A stretch of DNA of 47,181 bases. It comes from Pyrinomonadaceae bacterium (GTDB lineage Bacteria; Acidobacteriota; Blastocatellia; Pyrinomonadales; Pyrinomonadaceae). A program made the position numbers and the translations under genes. Of the stretch, positions 35,253 through 45,095 are shown in pieces. The number at the start of each line of letters is the position of its first letter. The first letter of the stretch is position 1. The notes under the pieces are model-generated. The model made no database searches. It saw only the letters and a list, made by a program, of their open reading frames with translations, and was not told where the DNA came from. Location of the stretch: the NCBI GenBank assembly GCA_013812905.1, contig JACCSP010000201.1, positions 1 through 47,181 on the forward strand. Direction: 5' to 3'.

Positions 35253-35259
35253 AAGCACT

Positions 35260-38200
35260 TTGAAGGACAAGTACAAGACGGCTGATCAGCCGGCGCGGGA
35301 CCGCATTTGCGACGACCTTGACACCACTTTGGTAGTTGAGGCGGCGGCTGGTACTGGCAAGACCACCTCGCTCGTTGAGCGGATTCTCTCCGGCATAATT
35401 TCCAGTCGCGTGAGCCTGGCGAAGACAGTCGCGGTTACTTTTACTGATTTTGCGGCGGGCGAACTAAAGCTTCGACTAAGATCTGCGATCGAGGTGGCCC
35501 GGCAGAAGTACGTCTCTTCACCACGGACAATTTCCTTACTGACCGGGGCTGTACAGGAGCTTGAGGAGGCTCGCATTGGCACTATTCACTCTTTCTGCGC
35601 CGATCTCTTGCGCGAGCATCCGGTCGAAGCAGGCATCGATCCCCTCTTCGACGTTGCTCCTGACGACTTAGCATATCCGCTCTTTGATTTGGCCTTCGAG
35701 CGATGGTTCGAAAAACAATTGGCCGCACCGGGCGAGGGAGTGAGGCGAATTCTTAGGAGGCTTCCCCGAAGAGAATTCGGGGGCAGGCGGAGTGGAACCC
35801 TGGCACGACGACCCCGTGAGAGTGGGCCAAAGCCGATCTTACGGACGGCAGCGTGGGCACTTGTAAAGGAACGCGATTTTACGACGCCTTGGAAGCTGTT
35901 CGAGGGTTTTGATCGAGAGCCTGACATTGATGCGCTGGTCCTTGAAATGGAGGAACTGGGTGAGTGGTCAGAAGTTGGTCATCCGGAGCAGTGGTTGAGC
36001 AAGTCACTTGGTTACCTGAAACGCTTCGTTTCGGAAATTACTCGTCTCGAGTCCCTCGGTAACCCTCGCGACTATGATGGCATTGAAGCGCGATTGTTTG
36101 GATTGCTTGGAGGTTGGGGACGGGCAAAAGATTGGAAAGCCTATTACGCCAGAGATAGTTTTCCCGCTGATGAGATAAGAAACCGTCGCGATGAATTGAA
36201 AGTTCGGGTTCAGAAGTTTGTCGACAATGCGGGAGCCGATCTCGCGCCGCGACTGCGTGAAGAACTTTGGCCGGTTGTTGACGAATTTGAGCAATTAAAG
36301 GAGCGTGCGGGGTATCTTGATTTTCTTGATCTACTGCTCCGGGCTCGCAACCTAATCCGGGACCATCGCGACATCCGCGATGCGTTGCAGCAACGCTTCA
36401 CTCATATCTTCGTCGACGAGTTTCAGGATACTGACCCCTTGCAAGCCGACATCCTGATGTTGCTTAGCGCAGATAATCCAGACGAGGACGATTGGCGTCA
36501 GATACGACCAGTTCCGGGAAAGCTCTTCATCGTTGGTGATCCTAAACAGTCGATCTACCGTTTTCGACGCGCGGACGTCGCTCTTTACCAGGAAGTTAAG
36601 CGGCAGATAGTTGCCTCAGGAGGCGCGTTAGTTGAGTTGAATGTTAGTTTTCGTTCCGGCCCGGAGATTCAAGAGGCTGTGAATGCCGCTTTTGCGCCAG
36701 TAATGTCAGATCAGTCTTCAACCCAAGCTCACTATGTTCCCCTCGCGTCCTCCAAAACCGTTCTTGATACTCAACCCGCGATTGTCGCGCTCCCAGTATC
36801 CCAACCGTACGGCGACTTTGGAAGGGTTGTTGATTGGAAAATTGACGAGTCGTTACCCAAAGACGTAGCAGCTTTCGTTGATTGGATGGTGAACGAGAGT
36901 GGTTGGACTGTTACTGAGCGGGAACGTTCAGAGCGGGTACCACTTCAGCCGCGACACATTTGTCTCTTGTTTCGGCGCTTGCGCCACTACTCCACTGACG
37001 TAGCCAGGCCGTATGTGCAAGCTTTGGAAGCTCATCGCGTCCCACATTTGCTCGTAGGCGGAAGCTCGTTTCATTCGCGCGAAGAGGTAGAAGCGATCCG
37101 CAACGCGCTCACTGCAATTGAATGGCCCAACGACGAACTCGCGGTCTTTGCGACGCTCAAAGGGCCCCTTTTCGCCTTCACCGATTCGCAGTTGCTGACC
37201 TATCGCAGTCGGTGCTCGACGTTGCACCCTTTCAAGCAACCACCCGATGATTTGGCGCTGGGCGACCCGGTCGCTACCGCTAGTGGTTCTCACGAAGTTA
37301 CTGATGCACTTGGGATCTTGCGAGAGCTTCATCGCCAACGGAATCGACGCCCGATTGCTGACACGGTGGGAACCCTTCTGGCCCAGACACGCGCGCACGC
37401 TGGATTTGCCAACTGGTCCACCGGTGAGCAAGCACTCGCGAATATCATGCGTGTGACTGACATGGCGCGCCGCGCGGAGCGCAACGGTTTGATATCTTTC
37501 CGGGCGTTTGTCGACTGGCTTGATGAAGAAGCTGAGAGCGGGGACATCGGCGACGCCCCCATTATGGAAGATGGAGTCGACGGCGTTCGCATCATGACCG
37601 TACATAAAGCGAAGGGGCTTGAGTTTCCTGTCGTAGTGTTGGTCGACATAACGGCGAAAGACTCGCGCGAGCCGTCCAAGTGGGTCGATCAAACATCCGG
37701 ATTGAGTGCGATGAAGCTTGCAGGCTGCACTCCGATCGAAGTCCAGGAGAATGCAGAGGAAGAGATGAGGATCGAAAAAGAAGAGGCGGCACGCGTGCTT
37801 TATGTGGCTGCTACCCGGGCGCGAGACCTCCTCGTGGTATGTGCAGTGGGAGACGTTGCATACGAAGGATGGTTGGCGACACTGAATCCGGTGTTGTACC
37901 CGGCAGAGGACATCTGCTTCAAACCGCGATCAACGCAACCTCCGGGCTGTCCTCAGTTTGGTAACGACAATGTAGTCGCGCGACCGCAAAAAGCAGTGCG
38001 TCGACGTGGGTCTGTGAGTCCTGGCCTCCACCGGCCGAAAGCTGGTAAGCATCATGTGGTCTGGTGGGATCCGGCGGTACTTCGGCCGATTAGTCAGGGC
38101 CACACCAGCTCGAGGTTGACGGAGTTTCTCAAAGAAGATAACAACAAGGTTCGATCAGAGGATGGAATTCGAGTCCATGCAGAGTGGCAAAAGCAGCGCG

Positions 38201-38826
38201 CTAGTATTCGCGAGGTAGCGAGCAAACCGGAATGGAGAGTCGTAACTGCGACTTCGCATGTCGCAGTGCCACGGGACGGTGAAAAGAAAGACCTTGATCC
38301 CGAAGCCTTGGTCGCGTCCAAAACCACGGCAGTTGGTGAGGTCGCAGTTGAATCGATAGAGATTGATTTCTCCAGACCGCACGGAAAACGGTTTGGAATC
38401 CTGGTTCACGCGGTTCTTTCTGTCGTACCGCTCAATTCGAACCATGATGGGATCGCAGACGTCGCCCGGGCTCAGGGGCGAATCCTAGGCGCTAGGGAGA
38501 ATGAAGTTGTCGCTGCGGTGGAAACGGTGCATCGTGCTCTTCGTCATCCTCTAATTCAGAGTGCGGCTGCCGCGGCGAAAGTGGGGCGATGCCGGCGAGA
38601 AGTTCCGGTTGGCCTCAAACTCGACAACGGAGCGATGGTTGAAGGCGTAATTGACCTTGCGTTTCAGGAGCAAGGGCCAGACGGGCCATGGACGGTGATT
38701 GATTACAAGACTGACTTTGAGGTCAAAGGCAGGATCGAGGAATATCAGAACCAGGTTTCGCTCTATGCTTTAGCAATTTCTCGCGCGACTGGGAAGGAAA
38801 CCCGGCCTGCCTTGCTCAGGCTGTGA
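35260..38826 (+). CDS. addA: AddA/RecB-type UvrD-family helicase with a C-terminal PD-(D/E)XK nuclease
   Basis: Walker A AAAGTGKTT, motif II VDEFQDTD, motif III IVGDPKQSIYRFRRAD, TVHKAKGLEFPVV, YVAATRARDLLVV, and nuclease GVIDLAF...VIDYKTD. TTG start with GGGAGA upstream. Confidence 0.85.
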   Translation: MKDKYKTADQPARDRICDDLDTTLVVEAAAGTGKTTSLVERILSGIISSRVSLAKTVAVTFTDFAAGELKLRLRSAIEVARQKYVSSPRTISLLTGAVQELEEARIGTIHSFCADLLREHPVEAGIDPLFDVAPDDLAYPLFDLAFERWFEKQLAAPGEGVRRILRRLPRREFGGRRSGTLARRPRESGPKPILRTAAWALVKERDFTTPWKLFEGFDREPDIDALVLEMEELGEWSEVGHPEQWLSKSLGYLKRFVSEITRLESLGNPRDYDGIEARLFGLLGGWGRAKDWKAYYARDSFPADEIRNRRDELKVRVQKFVDNAGADLAPRLREELWPVVDEFEQLKERAGYLDFLDLLLRARNLIRDHRDIRDALQQRFTHIFVDEFQDTDPLQADILMLLSADNPDEDDWRQIRPVPGKLFIVGDPKQSIYRFRRADVALYQEVKRQIVASGGALVELNVSFRSGPEIQEAVNAAFAPVMSDQSSTQAHYVPLASSKTVLDTQPAIVALPVSQPYGDFGRVVDWKIDESLPKDVAAFVDWMVNESGWTVTERERSERVPLQPRHICLLFRRLRHYSTDVARPYVQALEAHRVPHLLVGGSSFHSREEVEAIRNALTAIEWPNDELAVFATLKGPLFAFTDSQLLTYRSRCSTLHPFKQPPDDLALGDPVATASGSHEVTDALGILRELHRQRNRRPIADTVGTLLAQTRAHAGFANWSTGEQALANIMRVTDMARRAERNGLISFRAFVDWLDEEAESGDIGDAPIMEDGVDGVRIMTVHKAKGLEFPVVVLVDITAKDSREPSKWVDQTSGLSAMKLAGCTPIEVQENAEEEMRIEKEEAARVLYVAATRARDLLVVCAVGDVAYEGWLATLNPVLYPAEDICFKPRSTQPPGCPQFGNDNVVARPQKAVRRRGSVSPGLHRPKAGKHHVVWWDPAVLRPISQGHTSSRLTEFLKEDNNKVRSEDGIRVHAEWQKQRASIREVASKPEWRVVTATSHVAVPRDGEKKDLDPEALVASKTTAVGEVAVESIEIDFSRPHGKRFGILVHAVLSVVPLNSNHDGIADVARAQGRILGARENEVVAAVETVHRALRHPLIQSAAAAAKVGRCRREVPVGLKLDNGAMVEGVIDLAFQEQGPDGPWTVIDYKTDFEVKGRIEEYQNQVSLYALAISRATGKETRPALLRL

Positions 38827-38955
38827 ATTGTCCCCTAGGCTGGCATGCTATTTTTACTGAAACTGCATCGGTACGTTGCCATAGTATACCCTGCCGCTGT
38901 TGTTGTAATCTGAATTAACAGCTCCCGCTTTAGTTTTTAGCTTTAAGGTGGATCC

Positions 38956-39234
38956 ATGTCAGACGGGAAACCAGTTTTGCAAAACATTCAGGATGCATTC
39001 CTGAATACGCTCCGGCGCGAGAAAACGACAGTGACGGTTTATCTCTTGAATGGAGCGAAGTTGATGGGAAAAATCAAAAGCTTCGATAAATTCTCAGTGC
39101 TACTCGAGTCGGGTTCGCAGGAGCAGTTAATCTTCAAGCATGCTATTTCCACCATCTCGCACGCGCGGGAAGTTCGCGGTCCGGTTGATGCTCATCAGTC
39201 TGCCCGGGAATCCGCTGACTCGCGCCAATCGTAA
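38956..39234 (+). CDS. hfq: RNA chaperone Hfq
   Basis: Sm1/Sm2 motifs: [41 protein letters not shown]...[11 protein letters not shown]. Confidence 0.95.
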   Translation: MSDGKPVLQNIQDAFLNTLRREKTTVTVYLLNGAKLMGKIKSFDKFSVLLESGSQEQLIFKHAISTISHAREVRGPVDAHQSARESADSRQS

Positions 39235-39279
39235 GATTCGTTTACACTCGCCGAATAATCTCCCATCACTAGAGGACTT

Positions 39280-39972
39280 GTGGCTGGCACCTTCATCACC
39301 TTCGAGGGCATAGACGGCGGCGGTAAATCGACACAATTGAGATTGTTGGCTAACTTTCTGCGCTCGCAAGGCTGCGAGGTTCTCGTCACTCGCGAGCCGG
39401 GCGGAACACCTGTCGGTCTGCGCCTACGGTCCGCCCTGCTCGACGCTCAAGAACAGGTTGACCCGCTTACGGAATTGCTGGTCTTTGCAGCCGACCGCGC
39501 ACAGCATGTGCGACGCGTCTTGCGACCGGCGCTGGAAACTGGACAGATCGTGCTATCGGATCGCTACGCCGATGCCACCAAAGCCTACCAGGGCGCCGGT
39601 CGAGGGTTTTCTGCCAACCTAATTTCCGAGATTATCCAGCTCGCCACTGAAGGTCTCCTCCCGGATCTGACCCTGCTCTTTGACCTGTCCGTAGCCGAAT
39701 CTTCTGCGCGAACCCGGCGCAGGTCGGAGGGCAGGCAAAAGGGGGACCGCCTCGACTCGGAGGATGCGGAATTTCACACCAGGGTTCGCGAGGCCTATTT
39801 GGATCTGGCGGAGAAGGAACCCGAGCGCTTTCGCATTGTCACGACGAAGGGGCCGGCTGAAGAAACTCATGAACGCGTAAAAGAGATAGTTCTCCCATTT
39901 CTAAAAGCTCGGGGCCAGATCTTTTCGAGAGAGCCGGCGGCAGCAGGATCTCGCCAGACACAGCCACTATAG
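39280..39972 (+). CDS. tmk: dTMP (thymidylate) kinase
   Basis: FITFEGIDGGGKSTQ P-loop, DRY motif (SDRYADA), and a LID-region arginines. GTG start with AGAGGA upstream. Confidence 0.9.
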   Translation: MAGTFITFEGIDGGGKSTQLRLLANFLRSQGCEVLVTREPGGTPVGLRLRSALLDAQEQVDPLTELLVFAADRAQHVRRVLRPALETGQIVLSDRYADATKAYQGAGRGFSANLISEIIQLATEGLLPDLTLLFDLSVAESSARTRRRSEGRQKGDRLDSEDAEFHTRVREAYLDLAEKEPERFRIVTTKGPAEETHERVKEIVLPFLKARGQIFSREPAAAGSRQTQPL

Positions 39973-39974
39973 AC

Positions 39975-41051
39975 ATGTTTGATCCACTCACCGGCAACGA
40001 ACGAGTAAAACAGCTGCTCAGACGAATAGTTGCGTCGGCGCGAGTTCCCGGTGCGCTGCTGTTTACAGGGGAAGAGGGTGTTGGGAAAAAGCTCTTTGCC
40101 CTGGAGATAGCCAAGGCGCTCAATTGTCGTGCTTTGAAAGGCGACGAAGGATGCGGCAAGTGCCCGGCATGTAGGCGAATGTCCCGCTTCAATTTTCCTC
40201 AATCCGAAGACTCGGATGATTGGAAGAAAATCATTTGGACAGATCACGGCGATGTAGGAATGGTGGTGGCGCCTAAACGCGTGTTGCTCGTAGATCAGAT
40301 GCGTGATATCGAACGTGAAGCCAATTTTCGACCTTTTGAAGGTAAGGCGCGGATATTCATCGTGGACGACGCTGACAAGCTAAATGACCAATCGGCAAAC
40401 GCCCTGTTGAAGACTCTGGAAGAACCGCCACCTACCTCTCACATCATTCTCATCACCTCGCGGCCCGCTATACTGCTGCCAACAATTCGGTCGCGCTGCC
40501 AAGCAATTAGATTCTCACCACTGACAACGGCGGAGATCGAACAACACTTGGTGAAGAATAAACTTGCGACTCCGGCAGAGGCCGGGCTAAGGGCACGGGC
40601 CGGCAACGGCAGCATCGGGCGGGCCCTGACGGGCGATCTGGAAAGCTTTAAGGAGCGACGAAACGCGATGCTGCAGGTGCTCACGGCGGTGGCCATTACC
40701 GGGGATCATTCTCGTCTCTTGCTCCTTGCTGAAGAGATGAATGAGGCGAAACACAAGGATGAATATGAGTTTGGGCTGGAGTTGCTGGAGACCTTGATTC
40801 GCGATGCCTTAATGCTATCGTTCGAAATTAGCTCCGGTGACGTAATCAACGAAGATGTACTTCCGCAGTTACAAAAGATAAGTGAGCGGATTAACAGCCG
40901 CAGCGCTACCTCATGGATCTCTAGAATTGAGGAGCTTCGCGAACAGCTCATAGTGAACGTAAATCGCAAACCTGCCACCGACGCTCTGTTTCTTTCCATG
41001 GCCGCATCGTGCCCCACTACGGAACCTCGAGCGCTAGCGCCCGGATCCTGA
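39975..41051 (+). CDS. holB: DNA polymerase III subunit delta prime
   Basis: GALLFTGEEGVGKKLFA, a zinc-module CGKCPACRR, IVDDADKLN (DExx-like) and SRCQ (sensor). Confidence 0.85.
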   Translation: MFDPLTGNERVKQLLRRIVASARVPGALLFTGEEGVGKKLFALEIAKALNCRALKGDEGCGKCPACRRMSRFNFPQSEDSDDWKKIIWTDHGDVGMVVAPKRVLLVDQMRDIEREANFRPFEGKARIFIVDDADKLNDQSANALLKTLEEPPPTSHIILITSRPAILLPTIRSRCQAIRFSPLTTAEIEQHLVKNKLATPAEAGLRARAGNGSIGRALTGDLESFKERRNAMLQVLTAVAITGDHSRLLLLAEEMNEAKHKDEYEFGLELLETLIRDALMLSFEISSGDVINEDVLPQLQKISERINSRSATSWISRIEELREQLIVNVNRKPATDALFLSMAASCPTTEPRALAPGS

Positions 41052-41166
41052 GATCAACTTCGTCTTAGTTTCGTTTTACCGGGCGTTGAGTCCTTGGATC
41101 CGGTCGCTGTCGCTGGCGGTTCCGAAGTGATTCAAAAAGCGAAGTTGTTTTTGGCTGACATAGAAA

Positions 41167-41195
41167 GAGGCCGCCGGAATGTATCAGGCGTCCTC
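41167..41195 (-). terminator. GC-rich hairpin after the ispG stop, possible bidirectional terminator
   Basis: GAGGCCGCC (41167-41175) pairs with GGCGTCCTC (41187-41195) with one mismatch. On the minus strand it is followed by TTTCTATG. It lies between the convergent genes holB and ispG. Confidence 0.35.
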
Positions 41196-41222
41196 ATTTA
41201 CTGCAGCAATTGTCTGTCCAGT

Positions 41223-42323
41223 TTACTTGATGGCAACCAGTTCGGCTTCGGTCTTCGGGGCAGCGATTTCGGCCAGGAGTTTCTCCGTTTCCATGACGAA
41301 GGCTTCGACTATGTCCTCGCCGGCGACCTTCCGCATTGGCACTCCGTTCTTAAAAATCATCCCCACCCCGCGTCCAAACGTCACCCCCAGCTGCGAATCG
41401 TGCGCCTCACCTGGTCCGTTCACCGCGCAACCCATAATCGAAAGGTGCAGCGGTTCTTCAACGTGCGCCAGACGACGCTCGATCTCGGTTACAATCTCTA
41501 CAAAATTATCTACGTCGAGTCGGCCGCAGGTAGGACAGGCCACAACCGTGACGCCACGCGCGCGTAGCTGGAGGGATTTCAGAATTTCCCAAGCGACGCG
41601 AACTTCCTCTTGCGGCTCGGCAGCAAGCGACACACGAATCGTGTCGCCGATGCCTTCGTGCAGCAGAATGCCAAGGCCGATGGCGGATTTGACTGTCCCG
41701 GTGAAAGCCGTGCCGGCTTCGGTCACGCCCAGGTGGAAGGGGTAATCCACTTTTTGGGCGAGCAATCGATAGGCGCCGACCGTGCGGTGCACGTCCGAAG
41801 CTTTCAGCGAAACTATCGTGTCAGTGAATCCGAGATCTTCCAGGATCTGGATGTGTCGAAGCGCTGACTCAACCATGGCTTCCGGGGTCGCAGTGCCATA
41901 CTTCTTCAGTAAATCCTTTTCCAGCGAGCCCCCATTCACGCCAATCCTAATCGGAACCTTTTGCGTTTGCGCAGCACGGACGACCTCGACGATGCGTTCG
42001 CGCTTCCCGATGTTTCCGGGGTTCAATCGAAGTTTATCGATACCAGCATCGAGGGCCATTAGGGCAAGTTTGTAATGGAAGTGGATGTCAGCAACGATCG
42101 GCACTTCCGGTACCCGCTTGCGGATCTCTTTCAGCGCCACCGCGGCGTCATTGTCCGGCACGGCCAGACGCACAATCTCGCATCCGGCGCTGACCATTTC
42201 TTCTATCTGTGCCACGGTGGCGCCTACGTCAGCAGTGTCGGTTTTGGTCATGGACTGAACCACGACAGGCGCGCCGCCCCCAATCTGTATGTCTTTGACT
42301 TTTACTGGTCGAGACTTTCGCAT
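41223..42323 (-). CDS. ispG: 4-hydroxy-3-methylbut-2-en-1-yl diphosphate synthase (flavodoxin)
   Basis: Full-length GcpE-like sequence (VQSMTKTDT, RLNPGNIG, ACPTCGR, MGCAVNGPGE). Confidence 0.95.
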   Translation of the reverse strand: MRKSRPVKVKDIQIGGGAPVVVQSMTKTDTADVGATVAQIEEMVSAGCEIVRLAVPDNDAAVALKEIRKRVPEVPIVADIHFHYKLALMALDAGIDKLRLNPGNIGKRERIVEVVRAAQTQKVPIRIGVNGGSLEKDLLKKYGTATPEAMVESALRHIQILEDLGFTDTIVSLKASDVHRTVGAYRLLAQKVDYPFHLGVTEAGTAFTGTVKSAIGLGILLHEGIGDTIRVSLAAEPQEEVRVAWEILKSLQLRARGVTVVACPTCGRLDVDNFVEIVTEIERRLAHVEEPLHLSIMGCAVNGPGEAHDSQLGVTFGRGVGMIFKNGVPMRKVAGEDIVEAFVMETEKLLAEIAAPKTEAELVAIK

Positions 42324-42335
42324 ATATCAATTCTG

Positions 42336-43724
42336 TTATCTAGCTGGCTCCGTCGCAGCGGGTCTACTGCTGTTGGTGGGACGGCTGGAGAATAACTTTA
42401 TGACGTCGTTGGAAATGACAAGGACCATTAGCAGGATGACCATCACGAAACCGACTTGCTGAATGCGCTCGCGCACCGTCATCGATATCGTTAGACCAAT
42501 CGTTGCCAGCAGACCTTCAAGCAAGAGCAGGAAGATTGCCCCGCCATCAAGAACAGGAATTGGTAATAGATTGAAGATGCCAAGGTTAAGGCTAAGGAAC
42601 CCGAGCATGGCAAATAGCCCGGCCCAACCGAGCCTTTGGACCGATGCGGCGGCAGCGTTGTAGATTCCGATTGGTCCAGACAGGGTATTCCTGGCCGAGC
42701 GCTGGCCGGTGACTACTTGCCCCAGGGCTTTCCCCGTCAGACGGAGAATCTCAAGATTGCTGTTGACTGCGTAGGACCCTGCCCCAGCCATACCAACAGA
42801 CTGCAGCGGAATTTCCTCATCGGGACGGAAACCTAATCGCTCCCGTCCATCCTGAAGCTTGCGAGCCGTGGCGGTAATATCTTTCTGTTGGCCAGCCCGG
42901 TTGACGGTTAGTGTAATCGGCTGACTCTTGTGATCACGGATGAACTGGGTTACCTGCTCCGCGCTTCGAACTGCTTGGCCGTTCACTGCTAGAATGCGAT
43001 CCTCCGGTTGTAACCCCGCTTCAGCCGCCGGGGTGTTCGGCTCAATTTCCCGCACGAGAACTGGGACGTCCCCGTAGTCAGGAACAAAATCCATATAGCC
43101 GGCGGTCTCTCCATCTTCAGTGATTGCGGTGGGTGTAAGGGTAAGCGGTATGCGCTCGCGATTACGTTCGACGACTAGAGGCAAAGGCTGGCCAGGAGAT
43201 AGGAGCGCATCGCCACGGATCGTGTTCCATTTCGGGTTCTCGGTGCCGTTGAATGACACTATTCGATCGCCTGTCTTCAATCCCGCAACCTCGGAAGCAC
43301 CTCCCCGGGCCATTGTGCTCACTACCGGTGCTGGTGTTGCGGGAACTCCATACATCAACGCGCCAGCAAAGGGTATAGCGAGTGCGGTAAGTATATTCAT
43401 CACAGGCCCAGCGAGGGCCACCAAAATCCGCTGCCAACGCGGACGAAGATTGAACATTTCATCCTTCGGTATATCAGTAGCCCCGGCGCCTTCGATGGGT
43501 GAGTTGGACTCATCGCCGCCGAGTTTTACGTATCCCCCAAGCGGAACGGCCGAGACCCGATAGTCAGTTTGGCCCCACTTCCTACCAAACAACCGAGGAC
43601 CAAATCCTACCGAGAATGTCTCCACGCGGATTCTGAGTAGCTTGGCGACAATGAAATGGCCAAACTCGTGAAGAATTACAGCCGAGCCAAGAATGAATAT
43701 GAAGGCTAAAATGTTGGTAATCAT
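42336..43724 (-). CDS. rseP: RIP metalloprotease RseP (site-2 protease, M50)
   Basis: HEFGHFIVA zinc motif, two PDZ-like segments and a C-terminal LNLLPIPVLDGG motif. Confidence 0.9.
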   Translation of the reverse strand: MITNILAFIFILGSAVILHEFGHFIVAKLLRIRVETFSVGFGPRLFGRKWGQTDYRVSAVPLGGYVKLGGDESNSPIEGAGATDIPKDEMFNLRPRWQRILVALAGPVMNILTALAIPFAGALMYGVPATPAPVVSTMARGGASEVAGLKTGDRIVSFNGTENPKWNTIRGDALLSPGQPLPLVVERNRERIPLTLTPTAITEDGETAGYMDFVPDYGDVPVLVREIEPNTPAAEAGLQPEDRILAVNGQAVRSAEQVTQFIRDHKSQPITLTVNRAGQQKDITATARKLQDGRERLGFRPDEEIPLQSVGMAGAGSYAVNSNLEILRLTGKALGQVVTGQRSARNTLSGPIGIYNAAAASVQRLGWAGLFAMLGFLSLNLGIFNLLPIPVLDGGAIFLLLLEGLLATIGLTISMTVRERIQQVGFVMVILLMVLVISNDVIKLFSSRPTNSSRPAATEPAR

Positions 43725-43845
43725 TAATCTACATCTCTTTTCAAACTATATCTCGGACACGTATCTCAGGGAAACGGCTACGCTAGACTCCACACCTCCT
43801 CTGCGGGGTGCCGTCAACGAGTGTACGTGGGCTGGTGAGGGCGCG

Positions 43846-45054
43846 TCAAACGGAGTGTTCGGCTAGCAGATCTGAAGGTCTTGATAACTTCTCTATTTCC
43901 ACTTTAGCGGCCAGGCGCGCCTCTCGGTCCGTATTGAGGACGGTTTCGAGGTCCAGGGCAGGTTTAGTCGTATGTTGATCCATAGCCAACTCGATCACCC
44001 GAGGAATATCAGTTAGACAGATGCGTTCTTCAATAAACGCTCCCACGGCCTCTTCATTGGCGGCGTTTAGAACCGTGGGTAGCGTGCCACCTTCCCGAAG
44101 GGCTCGGTAGGCAAGGGCTATGCAGGGAAAACGATCAAGGTCAGGAGGCTCAAAATGGAGTGTGCCTAGCGCTGTCAGGTCAAGCGGAGGTAGTTCGCAT
44201 GAGTGCCGTTCCGGATATGTCAGCGCATATTGGATCGCATGACGCATGTCGGTGACTCCCATCTGGGCTATCACCGAACCGTCTACTAGCTCGATCATGG
44301 AATGTACGATTGATTCCGGATGAACTACGATTCCAATCTGATCAGCTTCGAAGTCAAAGAGCCAATGCGCCTCGATCACTTCCAGTCCTTTATTCATGAG
44401 GGTGGCCGAATCAATGGTGATCTTGTTTCCCATGTTCCAGGTTGGGTGATGCAGCGCATCCGACACACTCGCTTCGCGCATCTGGCTCTTGTTCTTGGTG
44501 CGGAAGGGACCGCCTGACGCAGTTAGCACTATCCGCCGAACTTCGTGGGGCTTTTCCCCCCGCAGACATTGATGCAACGCATTATGTTCGGAGTCAACGG
44601 GCAATAGCTCCGCGCCGGAAGCCCGGGCGGCCCGAGTCATCAACTCGCCGGCCATAACCAGGGTCTCCTTGTTGGCCAGGGCGACGCGTTTGCCGCTTTC
44701 GAGCGCGCGTAGAGTTGGCACGAAACCAACGGCGCCGACAGTTGCTGATACAACCGTCTTTGCGTGCGGATGTGTGGCCACCTCCACCAGGCCGGATTCC
44801 CCGATAACGATTCTCGGAAGATCAAGATTTCGTTCGAAGAGTTGAGCGCGAAGATCGTGGGCGGCGGTTTCCGTTTCCACGGAAACCAGTTCCGGCAAGT
44901 GGCGGACAATCTGGTCGGCCAGCGTACTTACGTTACGACCGGCACTTAGAGCTACAACACGAAAACGATCGCTGCCAAGGGCTTCTAATACGCGCAGCGC
45001 GTTGCAGCCGATCGAGCCTGTGGATCCGAGGATAGCGATGCCGCTGGGTTTCAT
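43846..45054 (-). CDS. dxr: 1-deoxy-D-xylulose 5-phosphate reductoisomerase
   Basis: ILGSTGSIG NADPH motif, LANKE, PVDSEH and HPNW-like HPTWNMG. Confidence 0.95.
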   Translation of the reverse strand: MKPSGIAILGSTGSIGCNALRVLEALGSDRFRVVALSAGRNVSTLADQIVRHLPELVSVETETAAHDLRAQLFERNLDLPRIVIGESGLVEVATHPHAKTVVSATVGAVGFVPTLRALESGKRVALANKETLVMAGELMTRAARASGAELLPVDSEHNALHQCLRGEKPHEVRRIVLTASGGPFRTKNKSQMREASVSDALHHPTWNMGNKITIDSATLMNKGLEVIEAHWLFDFEADQIGIVVHPESIVHSMIELVDGSVIAQMGVTDMRHAIQYALTYPERHSCELPPLDLTALGTLHFEPPDLDRFPCIALAYRALREGGTLPTVLNAANEEAVGAFIEERICLTDIPRVIELAMDQHTTKPALDLETVLNTDREARLAAKVEIEKLSRPSDLLAEHSV

Positions 45055-45095
45055 TTTAAGCGATGAGAGGAACGAATCTTTGCCCGCGAAAGGTG

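Noticed and set aside
3975-37692. Long antisense ORFs inside confident genes (for example 3975-4595, 15438-16079, 23820-24491, 32087-32590, 36928-37692)
   Set aside because: They are shadow ORFs of GC-rich coding regions. Each overlaps a gene with clear family motifs, and none shows motifs or a start context of its own.
31521-38826. addB/addA pair as a novel helicase-nuclease defence system (Gabija or Hachiman-like)
   Set aside because: Both proteins carry the complete canonical AddAB motif set: UvrD motifs plus RecB nuclease in AddA, and Fe-S cysteines plus nuclease in AddB. They also sit among housekeeping genes.
38831-38841. 11-mer TCCCCTAGGCT shared with 47038-47048, both intergenic
   Set aside because: Hundreds of 11-mer coincidences are expected between positions of a 47-kb window, and there is no extended similarity around them.
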